The notes beneath the pieces were generated by a model that saw only the letters and a program-made list of their open reading frames with translations, had not been told where the DNA came from and ran no database searches. A DNA stretch of 38,177 nucleotides from an uncultured Nitrososphaerota archaeon (lineage in GTDB: Archaea > Asgardarchaeota > Njordarchaeia > Njordarchaeales > Panguiarchaeaceae). Below are positions 1 to 8,832 of the stretch, piece after piece. The position numbers and the translations under genes were made by a program. Location: the NCBI GenBank assembly GCA_964628995.1, contig CAZVPA010000001.1, positions 26,606 to 64,782 on the forward strand. The letters are read 5' to 3'. How positions within the stretch are numbered: the first letter of the stretch is position 1; the number at the start of each line of letters is the position of its first letter.

Positions 1-18
1 GAAACAGAAGAGAAAATC

Positions 19-393
19 GTGGCGAAGAAGGCAACATTTAGGGACATCAAAGAGGAGCTCAGATACATTGTAGAAAATTTTAACGAGGTAATGGTGCGGG
101 AGGGAGTTCTGGAAGCATTGATGGAGTTCGTGGAGGAATGGGATTTAAGGGAGTATCAAGATAAAATTGTGAATATACTCACAATGCTCGAGGAGGGGGA
201 GATAGCAGGGGGGAGTGAGGTATCCGTGATGTTCGAGCAGAGTGGTGACAGACTAACACTCGAGAGGGCTCTAGAGACAACGATATCGTCGCTTATGGAG
301 GCGGAGCCAAGAAATACCCCAAGGGGCCTATTTTATGTATATAGGTTTGGGGTGGCCAGAACTGGAAGGGTTGGGGGAGGCACAGAAGCTTGA
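19..393 (+). CDS. small protein, candidate ubiquitin-like (beta-grasp) modifier precursor; possibly 5'-truncated by the window edge
   Basis: GTG-initiated ORF whose frame stays open back to nt 1. The C-terminal ~60 aa shows a beta-beta-alpha-beta pattern by eye (VSVMFEQ / RLTLER / ALETTISSLMEA / LFYVYRF) and ends GRVGGG-TEA. It is the first gene of the E2-JAB-E1 cassette, and its stop at 391-393 overlaps the next ORF. Confidence 0.4.
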   Translation: MAKKATFRDIKEELRYIVENFNEVMVREGVLEALMEFVEEWDLREYQDKIVNILTMLEEGEIAGGSEVSVMFEQSGDRLTLERALETTISSLMEAEPRNTPRGLFYVYRFGVARTGRVGGGTEA

Positions 394-1756
394 TGTTGAG
401 GAAGCAATAAACCTAATAGTTGATTATATTAGCGACCTCACACCAATATTCATAATTGATAGGGGCCTCTATTTGCTCTCTAATGTTGATACTCTATCAA
501 ACAAGACAATAATTTTTGAGTATGGTGATGAGTCAAAAGAAATAAACTTGACGGGCCCCCTCAGCATGAAGTTCCTATCGGAGTCTCTATACGAACACCT
601 CCACATGGAGCGGCACCTAAACAGGCTTGTTGGTAGGTTGGAGGAAGAACTCAAAGAGATGATTGATGAGGACTTCTCAGTCGAGCTGATAGAATATAGT
701 AGATATGTGGAGTTCATGCTTAGGGTACTAAGAAAGGAATTTGGTGTGGATCCATCAAGAATACCGCTAGATGTCGACATGTATGTTGGTGGTAAGGGCT
801 TGGAGCAAGCCTTGATACTCATCCAGAGAGAGAAGAATAGGTCACTCCAATTTCTCCATGATTGGAGAATAGATAGGATTCTTCTTCCTCCGGAGGGAAA
901 GATCTATGTCATAACAAAGAAGGGGCTATTTGAATACTCGATTATAGAATCTGGGGATATTATTAGGATGCTGGGGGAGACAAGGAAGTTGGTAAAGGAT
1001 ATGAGATCTCTAGCGAGGGTATTATTATTGCTCGCGTGGAGGGGGCTTGAAGTAAGACGTGTGAAAAAGCTCAGTAGTATGGAGGCACAGCTAAGATCGG
1101 GGGCTATGTCCTCGGATAGATTGCTCTTAGCCCTCACACGTAAACTAGTGAGGGAAAAGCGGATAGAGTTCCCAGTAGTTGTTGAGGGTGTAAGAACAAG
1201 TATAGGGCTTAGGCTCATCAAAGGTAAGGTCTACGCATTTATCAGCTCGGGGGAATATGTTGTGAGGGAGGTGATGAATAAGAGAAAATTTGGTGTCTTC
1301 GTATACTTTCCACCAGTAGATCTATGTGTCGAGCTGGGCTCCGAGACACGCGAAGATGGTAGTGTAGTGATTTTTCCAGTAGAGTCCCCAGTAATGATTG
1401 ACGATTATCTACATCCATCCGTCCCCAGCAAGCATGGCAAAAGAACTATATGTCTCGGAAACCTCAGGTCATATGTGGACAAGATAGTTGCCACATCTAA
1501 AGATGTGGCACTGGAGGGCAAGCCAAAGGAGGTACCAGGCTTCAAGATTAGAATCTCCTCACCAGAATATGCACTAAAGGAAGTACTAACAACGGCCTTT
1601 CGTATTGTTAGGTATGGATATGTGCCAGGTGCGAATCCACATAACCATGCCGTGGATTGTACAAGTTTTAAGGGGGTAAGAATCGTTAAAAGCGAAGAAA
1701 TCAAAGAGTTAAAGGCCAGGGGAGTAGAAATAATAGATCCGCTATCGAGGAGATAG
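335..1756 (+). CDS. protein with C-terminal E2/UBC-like domain and an uncharacterised N-terminal ~285 aa
   Basis: C-terminal signature YFPPVD...VIFPVESPVMIDDYL-HPS-VPSKHGKRT-ICLGNL (His360 at nt 1412, Cys373 at nt 1451-1453) resembles the UBC motif HPN...G.ICLDIL. The true start may be TTG 371 rather than ATG 335. The stop TAG 1754-1756 lies 2 nt before the JAB ATG. Confidence 0.55.
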   Translation: MYIGLGWPELEGLGEAQKLDVEEAINLIVDYISDLTPIFIIDRGLYLLSNVDTLSNKTIIFEYGDESKEINLTGPLSMKFLSESLYEHLHMERHLNRLVGRLEEELKEMIDEDFSVELIEYSRYVEFMLRVLRKEFGVDPSRIPLDVDMYVGGKGLEQALILIQREKNRSLQFLHDWRIDRILLPPEGKIYVITKKGLFEYSIIESGDIIRMLGETRKLVKDMRSLARVLLLLAWRGLEVRRVKKLSSMEAQLRSGAMSSDRLLLALTRKLVREKRIEFPVVVEGVRTSIGLRLIKGKVYAFISSGEYVVREVMNKRKFGVFVYFPPVDLCVELGSETREDGSVVIFPVESPVMIDDYLHPSVPSKHGKRTICLGNLRSYVDKIVATSKDVALEGKPKEVPGFKIRISSPEYALKEVLTTAFRIVRYGYVPGANPHNHAVDCTSFKGVRIVKSEEIKELKARGVEIIDPLSRR

Positions 1757-1758
1757 CT

Positions 1759-2601
1759 ATGATAGTTGGTATATCAAGACATGTTATGGAGTTCTCGAAG
1801 AGAATATGTGGATATGTCAGGATGGAGTGGTATGCTTTCCCACTTGGTAGGGTACAGTGGATGGGTGATGAGGCAATATTCCTTGTTGAGGATCTCTATA
1901 TACCACGGCAGATCGCATCCAGAATGCATGTTGAGATCCCTGCGGATGTCAATGTTCAAATTATTGGTGAGTTGGATAGGCTTAGGAGTGTGGACAGGAA
2001 CATACTTCTCCTAGGTATGTGGCATAGCCATGGAGACTTAGGGGTATTTCACTCTGGGGAGGATATGAGTAATATAAGCAAGATATTCCAGGGGTTTCTG
2101 AAGTATCTTCCATCCCGCTATCATAGGGAGGAACTTATAGGGATGTTTAAGGGCAACATATATAGTGTCGAGCCAATAATAGTGGATAATATGTTCAGGG
2201 GGATAAAGTTTTCGTTTGGTGTTGCATCGATACAGATAGACTTTGATAAGCCAATAGAGAATATAGATTTCTTCGTAAGATGGTACAAGCATTTCTATGA
2301 CATAAAATGCTTCTTCGAGGTCCTAAGAGAATACTATAAGGTTGAACCAATAGTTAAGAATCTCTCAAAGAGGAAAGCATACTATCTGCTTAGTGTTGTG
2401 GTCAATAATCGAGGTGACATGTTGGCGGAGATTTTTATCCGGGAATATAGGGACTCAGAAATATCTATTGAATCCACAAAAGCAAAAATAAGGGTGGTGG
2501 ACATGAAGAAAAAGCCGTACTTTTTAACAAGAGCGAGTTTTGATGATATAATTAGAAGAATAGGGGGAGTGATGAGAACTGGGGAGCTCCCTAGTATTTG
2601 A
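1759..2601 (+). CDS. JAB/MPN+ (JAMM) metalloprotease, putative deconjugating/processing peptidase
   Basis: Complete JAMM motif: upstream Glu (DEAIFLVED) then WH89-S-H91-GDLGVFH-S99-GE-D102 (nt 2023-2064), i.e. HxHx7Sx2D. About 170 aa of uncharacterised C-terminal sequence follows. Confidence 0.85.
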   Translation: MIVGISRHVMEFSKRICGYVRMEWYAFPLGRVQWMGDEAIFLVEDLYIPRQIASRMHVEIPADVNVQIIGELDRLRSVDRNILLLGMWHSHGDLGVFHSGEDMSNISKIFQGFLKYLPSRYHREELIGMFKGNIYSVEPIIVDNMFRGIKFSFGVASIQIDFDKPIENIDFFVRWYKHFYDIKCFFEVLREYYKVEPIVKNLSKRKAYYLLSVVVNNRGDMLAEIFIREYRDSEISIESTKAKIRVVDMKKKPYFLTRASFDDIIRRIGGVMRTGELPSI

Positions 2602-2704
2602 CAGGCAGACATACCTATCCTGGTGGAACCAAGAGAAGATACATGATACATCAGTATACCTAATTGTCGATGAGCCCCTTGGTTTTATCCCAGCAATAGC
2701 GCTT

Positions 2705-3991
2705 GTGGCTGTGGGATATGGGCGTATCGTAATTATTGGGTCAAAGGAGGTGAGGGATTTCAAAATACTCTTCTACGACTATTCCGGGAATTTCCCAGTA
2801 GGCATAGAACGCTTTGTTGACATGTACCTAGGTAAATACCTAATGAACTATGGTATAGAGTTGGAACCAGTAACAATAAATCTGGCATCGAATGGGGCAC
2901 TCAATCTAGTACTTAAGATGATGGAGGATGATCCCAACGAGAGAAAGGTTATTCTAGACTTCTCAAATACCCCAGCAATAAAGATATATGTTAGGAAACT
3001 ATTCAACGAGACACACATACCCACATATGTATGCTCACTAGCCGGTGACCTCAGGATATATAATATGAAACCAATGGAGCGTGAAACCGCATTATTGCTC
3101 AGGAAGGAACATGGGGGTTTCCCGGAGATATACTCTAGAGCAGTAAAGGCACGGATGAAGGCGTTATCGGATGAGCATCTATATCTACTAGCCAGCGGCT
3201 TAGTAAGCGGAGAAATAACGATGGATATTCAAGATGAGGAAAATGAACTACATCTATCCACATACATGCTTGGCTATCCATTCAAGGAATTGGGGAGACT
3301 TAAGAGGCATTTTGGTGCGCTCAAGAAGGTTGCTATTGTGGGATGTGGGGCATTGGGAACGTTCTATGCGATACAACTGGCATTACTACAAAACATGAGG
3401 ATGTTAAGATTAAAAGAGGTAGTTTTTGTTGATCCAGATGAAATAGAGCTCGTGAACTTCAATAGACAGGTATTATTCTGGGGGGACACGATAGGTGAAC
3501 CAAAGGCCCAGGTAATGGCTGAGAGATTCCAGAGGATGGTGTACGACCCAGTTATAGTGCGTCATTATAATACGACATTTGAGGAGATTCAGAAGGAACT
3601 CACTGATGTGGATCTAATAATAGAGGGCGTAGATAGGTGGGAGGTCAGAAAGAGAATAACAAATTTTGCTATCGAGCACAAAATACCGCTCATTACCGCG
3701 GGTGTAGAAGTAATAAGGGGTCACGAAACAGTATATTTCCCAAACAAGACATACTGCCCGTATCACTCAATAAATCTTGCCGAGAAGAAAGATCCAGAAA
3801 ATCCAACCGGGTGCCTACAGATAGATCCATCAGTAATATTCTCAAACATGACAGTAGCATCACTAGCGATACTGAACTCCCTTATGCTCGAAGAGCCCCT
3901 AAATGGAGTCATGTACTACAGCCTGAAGGGGGAGTACGAGATATATGATAGATTTAAGGTCGACAGATTTAGCGGCTCGTGTGGGGACTGA
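2705..3991 (+). CDS. E1-like ThiF/MoeB/HesA-family adenylyltransferase with extra N-terminal ~205-aa domain
   Basis: Rossmann motif VAIVGCGALG (nt 3341-3358), VFVDPDEIELVNFNRQ (NFNRQ at nt 3455-3469), GEPKAQV, DLIIEGVDRWEVR, PLITAG, plus cysteines TYCPYH and NPTGC. GTG start. Confidence 0.8.
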   Translation: MAVGYGRIVIIGSKEVRDFKILFYDYSGNFPVGIERFVDMYLGKYLMNYGIELEPVTINLASNGALNLVLKMMEDDPNERKVILDFSNTPAIKIYVRKLFNETHIPTYVCSLAGDLRIYNMKPMERETALLLRKEHGGFPEIYSRAVKARMKALSDEHLYLLASGLVSGEITMDIQDEENELHLSTYMLGYPFKELGRLKRHFGALKKVAIVGCGALGTFYAIQLALLQNMRMLRLKEVVFVDPDEIELVNFNRQVLFWGDTIGEPKAQVMAERFQRMVYDPVIVRHYNTTFEEIQKELTDVDLIIEGVDRWEVRKRITNFAIEHKIPLITAGVEVIRGHETVYFPNKTYCPYHSINLAEKKDPENPTGCLQIDPSVIFSNMTVASLAILNSLMLEEPLNGVMYYSLKGEYEIYDRFKVDRFSGSCGD

Positions 3992-4054
3992 ACATCAATA
4001 ATTCTTCTCCTTGATGGTATACTTGATAATCTTGATTCATGTACTTTCATATGG

Positions 4055-5518
4055 GTGACCAATGTGTCATTCTCGATAAGGTATTATGACATATTTAGGG
4101 AGGATTATAGGGAAATATCTGTGAGGCCACCAGCATTTAGTGATGTTTCATCCAGGAAGGTAGTGAGTTTCGGGAACCTTACGGTGGTACCTGCATTCAT
4201 TGATGCCCATGCTCACCCAATAAGTCTGGCAGTGAAATATAACTGGTTTGATCTATTCCAAGTAAAGAGGAAGAAGGACTTATTGAACTTCATTAAGAGC
4301 TTTGCGGATAGTAAGAGGGAGCCTTTTATCGGATATAACTTTGATGAATCCATGTGGGAGGACGACAGGACATACCCAACGAGGAAGGAGCTTGATGATG
4401 TAGCCCCAGAAATACCAGTCCTGCTGATCAGAATTGATGGGCATATGGGAGTAATAAATACCATGGGGATAAACTCTCTTGGTCTGCATAGGGATCTTTT
4501 CTCCGATTTTGATCTCGGCATTATCGTTGAGGACAATCTAACTACAGTCATTTCTAGGTTCGTTAACATGTTAGGTATCCCTCCAAGGGAGGAAGCACTA
4601 GATGTATTTATAGAGAATGGTATCGCCATAATATGCGATATGGATCTCGCATACTCTGTCCCCAAGGGCTTTCTGGAAAGGATCTCAGAGAAAATAAAAC
4701 TATTCTATTACCGCACATTGGAAAACATGGAAAGGATAAGCGAAGACACCCTTTTGGGGGCAATAAGAAAATATGGGGTTAAGGGCCACGGAATAAAACT
4801 CTTTGTTGATGGCTCCATCGGTGCAAGAACAGCATACCTATCAGAGTCATATAATGATGATCCTGGAAATAGGGGGAAACTATTACTGGATGAGGATACG
4901 CTCAGTGAAATCGTAAGACTTGCGGACAAGCTAAGGCTACAACTAGCAATACATGCCATAGGGGACAATGCGATAGATATTGCCCTTAGGTGTCTCAAGA
5001 ATGCCGACCCAACGCTAAGACATAGAATCGAACACTTTGAAATGCCCCATAGGGACCACATAGAGAAACTCGCGAAATATGGTGTTGTTCCATCAATGCA
5101 ACCAAACTTCATAGCGAATTGGCAGGGAAGAGGGGGGCTATATGAGAGGAGGCTTGGTTGGGATAGAGCGAAGAGAATGAACCCGCTCAAGTCAATATTG
5201 GAGAAGAGAGGGATTATCGCATTTGGAAGTGACTGTATGCCTGTGGGCCCTCTTTATGGGATCTATGGGGCGATGTCGCATCCGCTTGATGATGAAAAAC
5301 TTAATTTTAGGGAATCCATATACTCATACACGTATGGTGCTGCATATTCGATCTTCCTAGAGAACAAGTATGGGAAAATGGATGTAGGCTATAATGCGTC
5401 CTTTGTTGTGATCAGTATCGATCCAAGGTCCATCTCGCCGGAGAATATTAGAAGCGCGAAAGTAGTAAGATTTTTTGTGGATGGGAAAGAAGTGTCCGCT
5501 AGGGATCGTATGGTATAG
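4055..5518 (+). CDS. metal-dependent amidohydrolase (amidohydrolase-3 / YtcJ-like family)
   Basis: Motifs PAFIDAHAHP, LQLAIHAIGDNAID, RIEHFEM, PSMQPNF, AFGSDCMP. GTG start. Confidence 0.8.
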   Translation: MTNVSFSIRYYDIFREDYREISVRPPAFSDVSSRKVVSFGNLTVVPAFIDAHAHPISLAVKYNWFDLFQVKRKKDLLNFIKSFADSKREPFIGYNFDESMWEDDRTYPTRKELDDVAPEIPVLLIRIDGHMGVINTMGINSLGLHRDLFSDFDLGIIVEDNLTTVISRFVNMLGIPPREEALDVFIENGIAIICDMDLAYSVPKGFLERISEKIKLFYYRTLENMERISEDTLLGAIRKYGVKGHGIKLFVDGSIGARTAYLSESYNDDPGNRGKLLLDEDTLSEIVRLADKLRLQLAIHAIGDNAIDIALRCLKNADPTLRHRIEHFEMPHRDHIEKLAKYGVVPSMQPNFIANWQGRGGLYERRLGWDRAKRMNPLKSILEKRGIIAFGSDCMPVGPLYGIYGAMSHPLDDEKLNFRESIYSYTYGAAYSIFLENKYGKMDVGYNASFVVISIDPRSISPENIRSAKVVRFFVDGKEVSARDRMV

Positions 5519-5528
5519 TATTTGAGGC

Positions 5529-6560
5529 TTACTTATATACTCTTTCATAGTTTCTGGGTCGGAGTTCTAGTGGGGTCTTACCATTCCATAATAGTATTAC
5601 TCTAGCGCGGGGTACCTCGTCTTTTATCTCATATCCTATTAGTTGTTCTAGTGTGATGGCGAAGGATCTTATATCCTCCATGCTTGGCTGTGCTTTCTTT
5701 GGTAGTCTCTCCCTAGATCTACCGACCCATGAGTATCCCTTTACCTCTACGAAGTCGGGTTGGGCCAACTCAATGAGTTTCGCATATTTTTCTGGATGTA
5801 CGAGGTTATGGTCTTTTACGGCTGTTATCCTGAATACGGTTCTTATCCCCAGAGATGGGACTAGTTCGAGTGTCTTGATGAGATTTTCCCATTGTTCTCT
5901 CGCATTCCAGAGAGGTCTAGTCATGCTTGCCCATATCTTGAATTCTGGGCCCACAACACTAATATATAGCTGATGGGGGAGAGTATGCATCCTCTCCAAT
6001 ACCTCTGGGAATGTACCATTCGTAACAATAAATGTCGTCATACCATGTTTCTTACCAAGATACATTAGGTCATCAATCTTTGGATACATCAATGGTTCCC
6101 CTATGAGAGATGTAGCCAAGTGATCAGGCCCCTTCATAGCGTCTTCCCACATCTCCCTGTCAACACTCTTGTTATGTTTGGGATCATATGCCCTGAGCGT
6201 CTTAAAGTATTCCTTAACAACAGCATTAAATAGTTCCTCTGGGGAATCCCAATCGATCTCTTCCGGGTTGGATATTTTAAATGGTGGGATACCCAAGTCC
6301 ATCCTATGGACACGCCAACAGAATACACAGGCTTGGTTACACTCAACTATGGGCGACCATTGGATACAGCGGTGTGTACGAGTACCAAAGAACCAATACT
6401 TATAGCACATGATTCTCCTCTTGAGTGCGGCCTTAAAATAGTAGCATGGTTCGAACGCACCATGCCTACCAATAATCCTATATCCAGCATGTATCAGTGA
6501 GTCTAGATACTTCTTCGGCATGGGTATCTGCATTAATTGCTGAGCTATCCTAATCACCAC
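5529..6560 (-). CDS. taw1: radical SAM tRNA 4-demethylwyosine synthase (Taw1/TYW1 family)
   Basis: Radical SAM cluster motif CNQACVFCWR is typical of TYW1/Taw1. The ~340-aa size and an additional upstream Cys-rich region fit the archaeal enzyme. Confidence 0.8.
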   Translation of the reverse strand: MVIRIAQQLMQIPMPKKYLDSLIHAGYRIIGRHGAFEPCYYFKAALKRRIMCYKYWFFGTRTHRCIQWSPIVECNQACVFCWRVHRMDLGIPPFKISNPEEIDWDSPEELFNAVVKEYFKTLRAYDPKHNKSVDREMWEDAMKGPDHLATSLIGEPLMYPKIDDLMYLGKKHGMTTFIVTNGTFPEVLERMHTLPHQLYISVVGPEFKIWASMTRPLWNAREQWENLIKTLELVPSLGIRTVFRITAVKDHNLVHPEKYAKLIELAQPDFVEVKGYSWVGRSRERLPKKAQPSMEDIRSFAITLEQLIGYEIKDEVPRARVILLWNGKTPLELRPRNYERVYK

Positions 6561-6609
6561 TGGATCATGATTCTAAATATATCCATAACCTATTATTAAG
6601 TAATTCAAA

Positions 6610-7653
6610 TTATAGTTCATATGTTTCGATTAGGTTTTTCGTTATTAGCTGTATTATGCCACCTAGTGTGTAGGTATCAGCGGGGAAATAGAGGAATAGG
6701 ATATCGCTTCTCCCTCCACATTCGACGTTTTTCATCCTTATTTTTTGGCATAACTTTTTGAGGTTTATCTCTGGGTTGTATGTCTCGATCCTCACGGTGA
6801 ATCCGCTTCTTGTTACACCGATGGCAAATGCTACTTCGAACTCTACTGCGAGTGTGTAGATCGCATCTAGGAGTGCGGTTCTCTCTATAGGATCCCCATA
6901 ATCATATATTATGAATGCCATTGTTTCTCTTCGCGTCGCTCTATTATATAGCCTCTTGGCCTTTGGTAGTGCTACTTTTTTATATCTTTCGGCCTCTGTT
7001 CTAACCCAACTATCTATAGAGTCCCATGAGTCCGTCATTATTGCTAGGGGTATGTATCCATATATGGGGCTTGTCCTTACGAGCTCAAGCAGTATGTCTA
7101 TTAGTTTCCCCTCGTACTTAACTTTTTCCGTGAGGCCCGAAAAAACCTCGTCAAAGATCTCTTCATTAGGGACATTTCTACTTATTATGAAGGCTCTGGC
7201 GACATCGTATGCTAGTTGTGTGGCATAGTTCCTATAGTCTGCCTCGTCTATGGCGAATATTAGGTCTTCTGGTGCATTTATTTTGTCCCCAAAAATATGG
7301 AGGATCAGTCCCGCTACTGATGTACTGATACTATATTTTCTCGTAAGTGTTGGTGTGGTACCCTCATAAAGTACCACTCTTGGGGGGTCAGGGTGATGGT
7401 CAATTAGTAGGTTGCTGCCCTTAAATGTTATTCCCCTCTCAGGCCCCAACTCGATCAATATGGAGTCGCTAGCACTTATTTTTTTGAGTTCTCTAGCTCT
7501 CGGGAATCTTATCGATCCATCAAGTATATGTTTTTCCTCAAGCTCTATTAGGGCTTTGATGAGCATCCCAGAAGCGAAGAGACTGTCTAGGTCGCCATCA
7601 CATATGAGTCTGAATCCCCTATTCCTAACGAACCTCGTTATTATATCCGACAA
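6610..7653 (-). CDS. DHH-family phosphoesterase-like protein (RecJ/Cdc45-like fold)
   Basis: Motif I ICDGDLDSLFASG, motif III LLIDHHPD, motif IV-like FAIDEADY, DHHA1-like CGGRSD. Confidence 0.5.
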   Translation of the reverse strand: MSDIITRFVRNRGFRLICDGDLDSLFASGMLIKALIELEEKHILDGSIRFPRARELKKISASDSILIELGPERGITFKGSNLLIDHHPDPPRVVLYEGTTPTLTRKYSISTSVAGLILHIFGDKINAPEDLIFAIDEADYRNYATQLAYDVARAFIISRNVPNEEIFDEVFSGLTEKVKYEGKLIDILLELVRTSPIYGYIPLAIMTDSWDSIDSWVRTEAERYKKVALPKAKRLYNRATRRETMAFIIYDYGDPIERTALLDAIYTLAVEFEVAFAIGVTRSGFTVRIETYNPEINLKKLCQKIRMKNVECGGRSDILFLYFPADTYTLGGIIQLITKNLIETYEL

Positions 7654-7714
7654 GGCATGGTCACCAAAATTTGATCAAAAATATACCACAAAAAATATTA
7701 TTCCTACGAGGAAG

Positions 7715-8803
7715 ATGGGGAACAAAATAGTAGAGAAACTCCTTGAATCTCCATGTGCAAGGGAAGCATTATTATGGGAGGATCTCGGGAACAATAGAGT
7801 GCGATGCTATGTGTGTGAGCGTAGGTGTATCATACCTGAGGGAATGCGGGGAATGTGTGGTGCCAGATATAATTATGGTGGGGAACTCTATGTCCTGACG
7901 TATGGGAATATATCATCCATATCGAATAATCCGATGGCTAAGAAACCGTTCTTCAATTTCCATCCAGATGAGTATGCACTAACAATAGGGAGTTGGGGAT
8001 GTAACTTTACGTGTCCTTGGTGCCAGAACTATGAGATCTCAAAAACGAAGGTAAGGGCATGCTACTATTTATCCCCAGAGGAGTTTGTTAGGAAGACAAA
8101 AGGGATGAGTAGTGGGACAAGTTTCTCCTTTAATGAGCCTCTTGTCACACTATTTGAGTATTCCCTCGATGTGATGCCTCTAGCTAGGGAGAATGGGTTA
8201 TTTAATACGTATGTCACCAATGGTTATATGACCCAAGAAGCATTGGAGCTACTTGTTAAGCATGGTCTGGATGCTGTGAATATAGATATCAAGGGTTGTA
8301 GGGGGAGTATTGAACGGTGGATAGGGGCTGATGTCGAGGTTGTCTGGAGAAACGCAAGGATGTTTAAGGAGAGGGGGATACATGTGGAGATAACAACATT
8401 GGTGATTCCTACAGTTAATGATGACGAGGAATGCCTGAGGTATATTGCTAGGAGAATAAGGGAGGAGTTGGGTCCAGAGACCCCCTGGCATGTTACTAGG
8501 TATTTCGCGATGTATCGGGCACTAGATATGGGGCTTCCAGTCCAGACAGAGACTCGGACTGTTGAGAGGGCATATAAAATTGGGAAGGATGAGGGCCTAT
8601 ATTACGTGTATGTTGGTAATGTCTGGCCATCGCATCCATGGGAGAATACTTATTGTCCCTACTGTGGGGAGTTGCTTGTGAGTAGGGTAGGTTTTAGTGT
8701 ACAGGTCCTGATAGATGAGCCATATTGTCCTAAGTGTGGAGAGCTTGTCCACCTAATATTTAGGAGTGGAAGTAGAGTCTATGATTGGCGGAAGATTAAA
8801 TAG
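7715..8803 (+). CDS. amrS: AmmeMemoRadiSam-system-type radical SAM enzyme (PflA-related activase family)
   Basis: N-terminal Cys motif CYVCERRC...GMCG, PMAKKPFFNFHP, radical SAM box GCNFTCPWCQNYEIS, C-terminal CPYCG...CPKCG. The start is set at ATG 7715 (MGNKIVEKLL). The track ORF start at 7412 would overlap the divergent DHH gene. Confidence 0.7.
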   Translation: MGNKIVEKLLESPCAREALLWEDLGNNRVRCYVCERRCIIPEGMRGMCGARYNYGGELYVLTYGNISSISNNPMAKKPFFNFHPDEYALTIGSWGCNFTCPWCQNYEISKTKVRACYYLSPEEFVRKTKGMSSGTSFSFNEPLVTLFEYSLDVMPLARENGLFNTYVTNGYMTQEALELLVKHGLDAVNIDIKGCRGSIERWIGADVEVVWRNARMFKERGIHVEITTLVIPTVNDDEECLRYIARRIREELGPETPWHVTRYFAMYRALDMGLPVQTETRTVERAYKIGKDEGLYYVYVGNVWPSHPWENTYCPYCGELLVSRVGFSVQVLIDEPYCPKCGELVHLIFRSGSRVYDWRKIK

Positions 8804-8832
8804 TTTTTCTGTTTCTATATGGCGAACCAAGA

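Noticed and set aside
1-3991. Alternative reading of the E1/E2/JAB genes as Cap2/Cap3 of a type II CBASS operon
   Set aside because: E2-like and E1-like domains are on separate proteins with the JAB gene between them, rather than a Cap2 fusion. No CD-NTase or effector is present in the window. This cannot be fully excluded because upstream sequence is missing.
1759-3991. Alternative reading as a housekeeping SAMP/MoaD-type sulfur-carrier activation pair (ThiF/MoeB plus JAMM)
   Set aside because: The adjacent E2-like HP...C protein, the extra N-terminal E1 domain and the absence of molybdopterin, thiamine or tRNA-thiolation genes argue for a conjugation system. This remains a formal alternative until profile searches are run.
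6445-6464. Hairpin catggt-tcgaacgc-accatg containing a GGTTCGAA T-loop-like sequence (possible tRNA fragment)
   Set aside because: It lies inside the well-supported taw1 coding region, and no acceptor, D or anticodon arms can be built around it.
7412-7714. N-terminal 101 codons of the track ORF 7412..8803
   Set aside because: This part lies antisense to the 5' end of the well-supported DHH-family gene and has low-complexity Ser/Leu composition. The recognisable radical SAM protein begins at ATG 7715 (MGNKIVEKLL).
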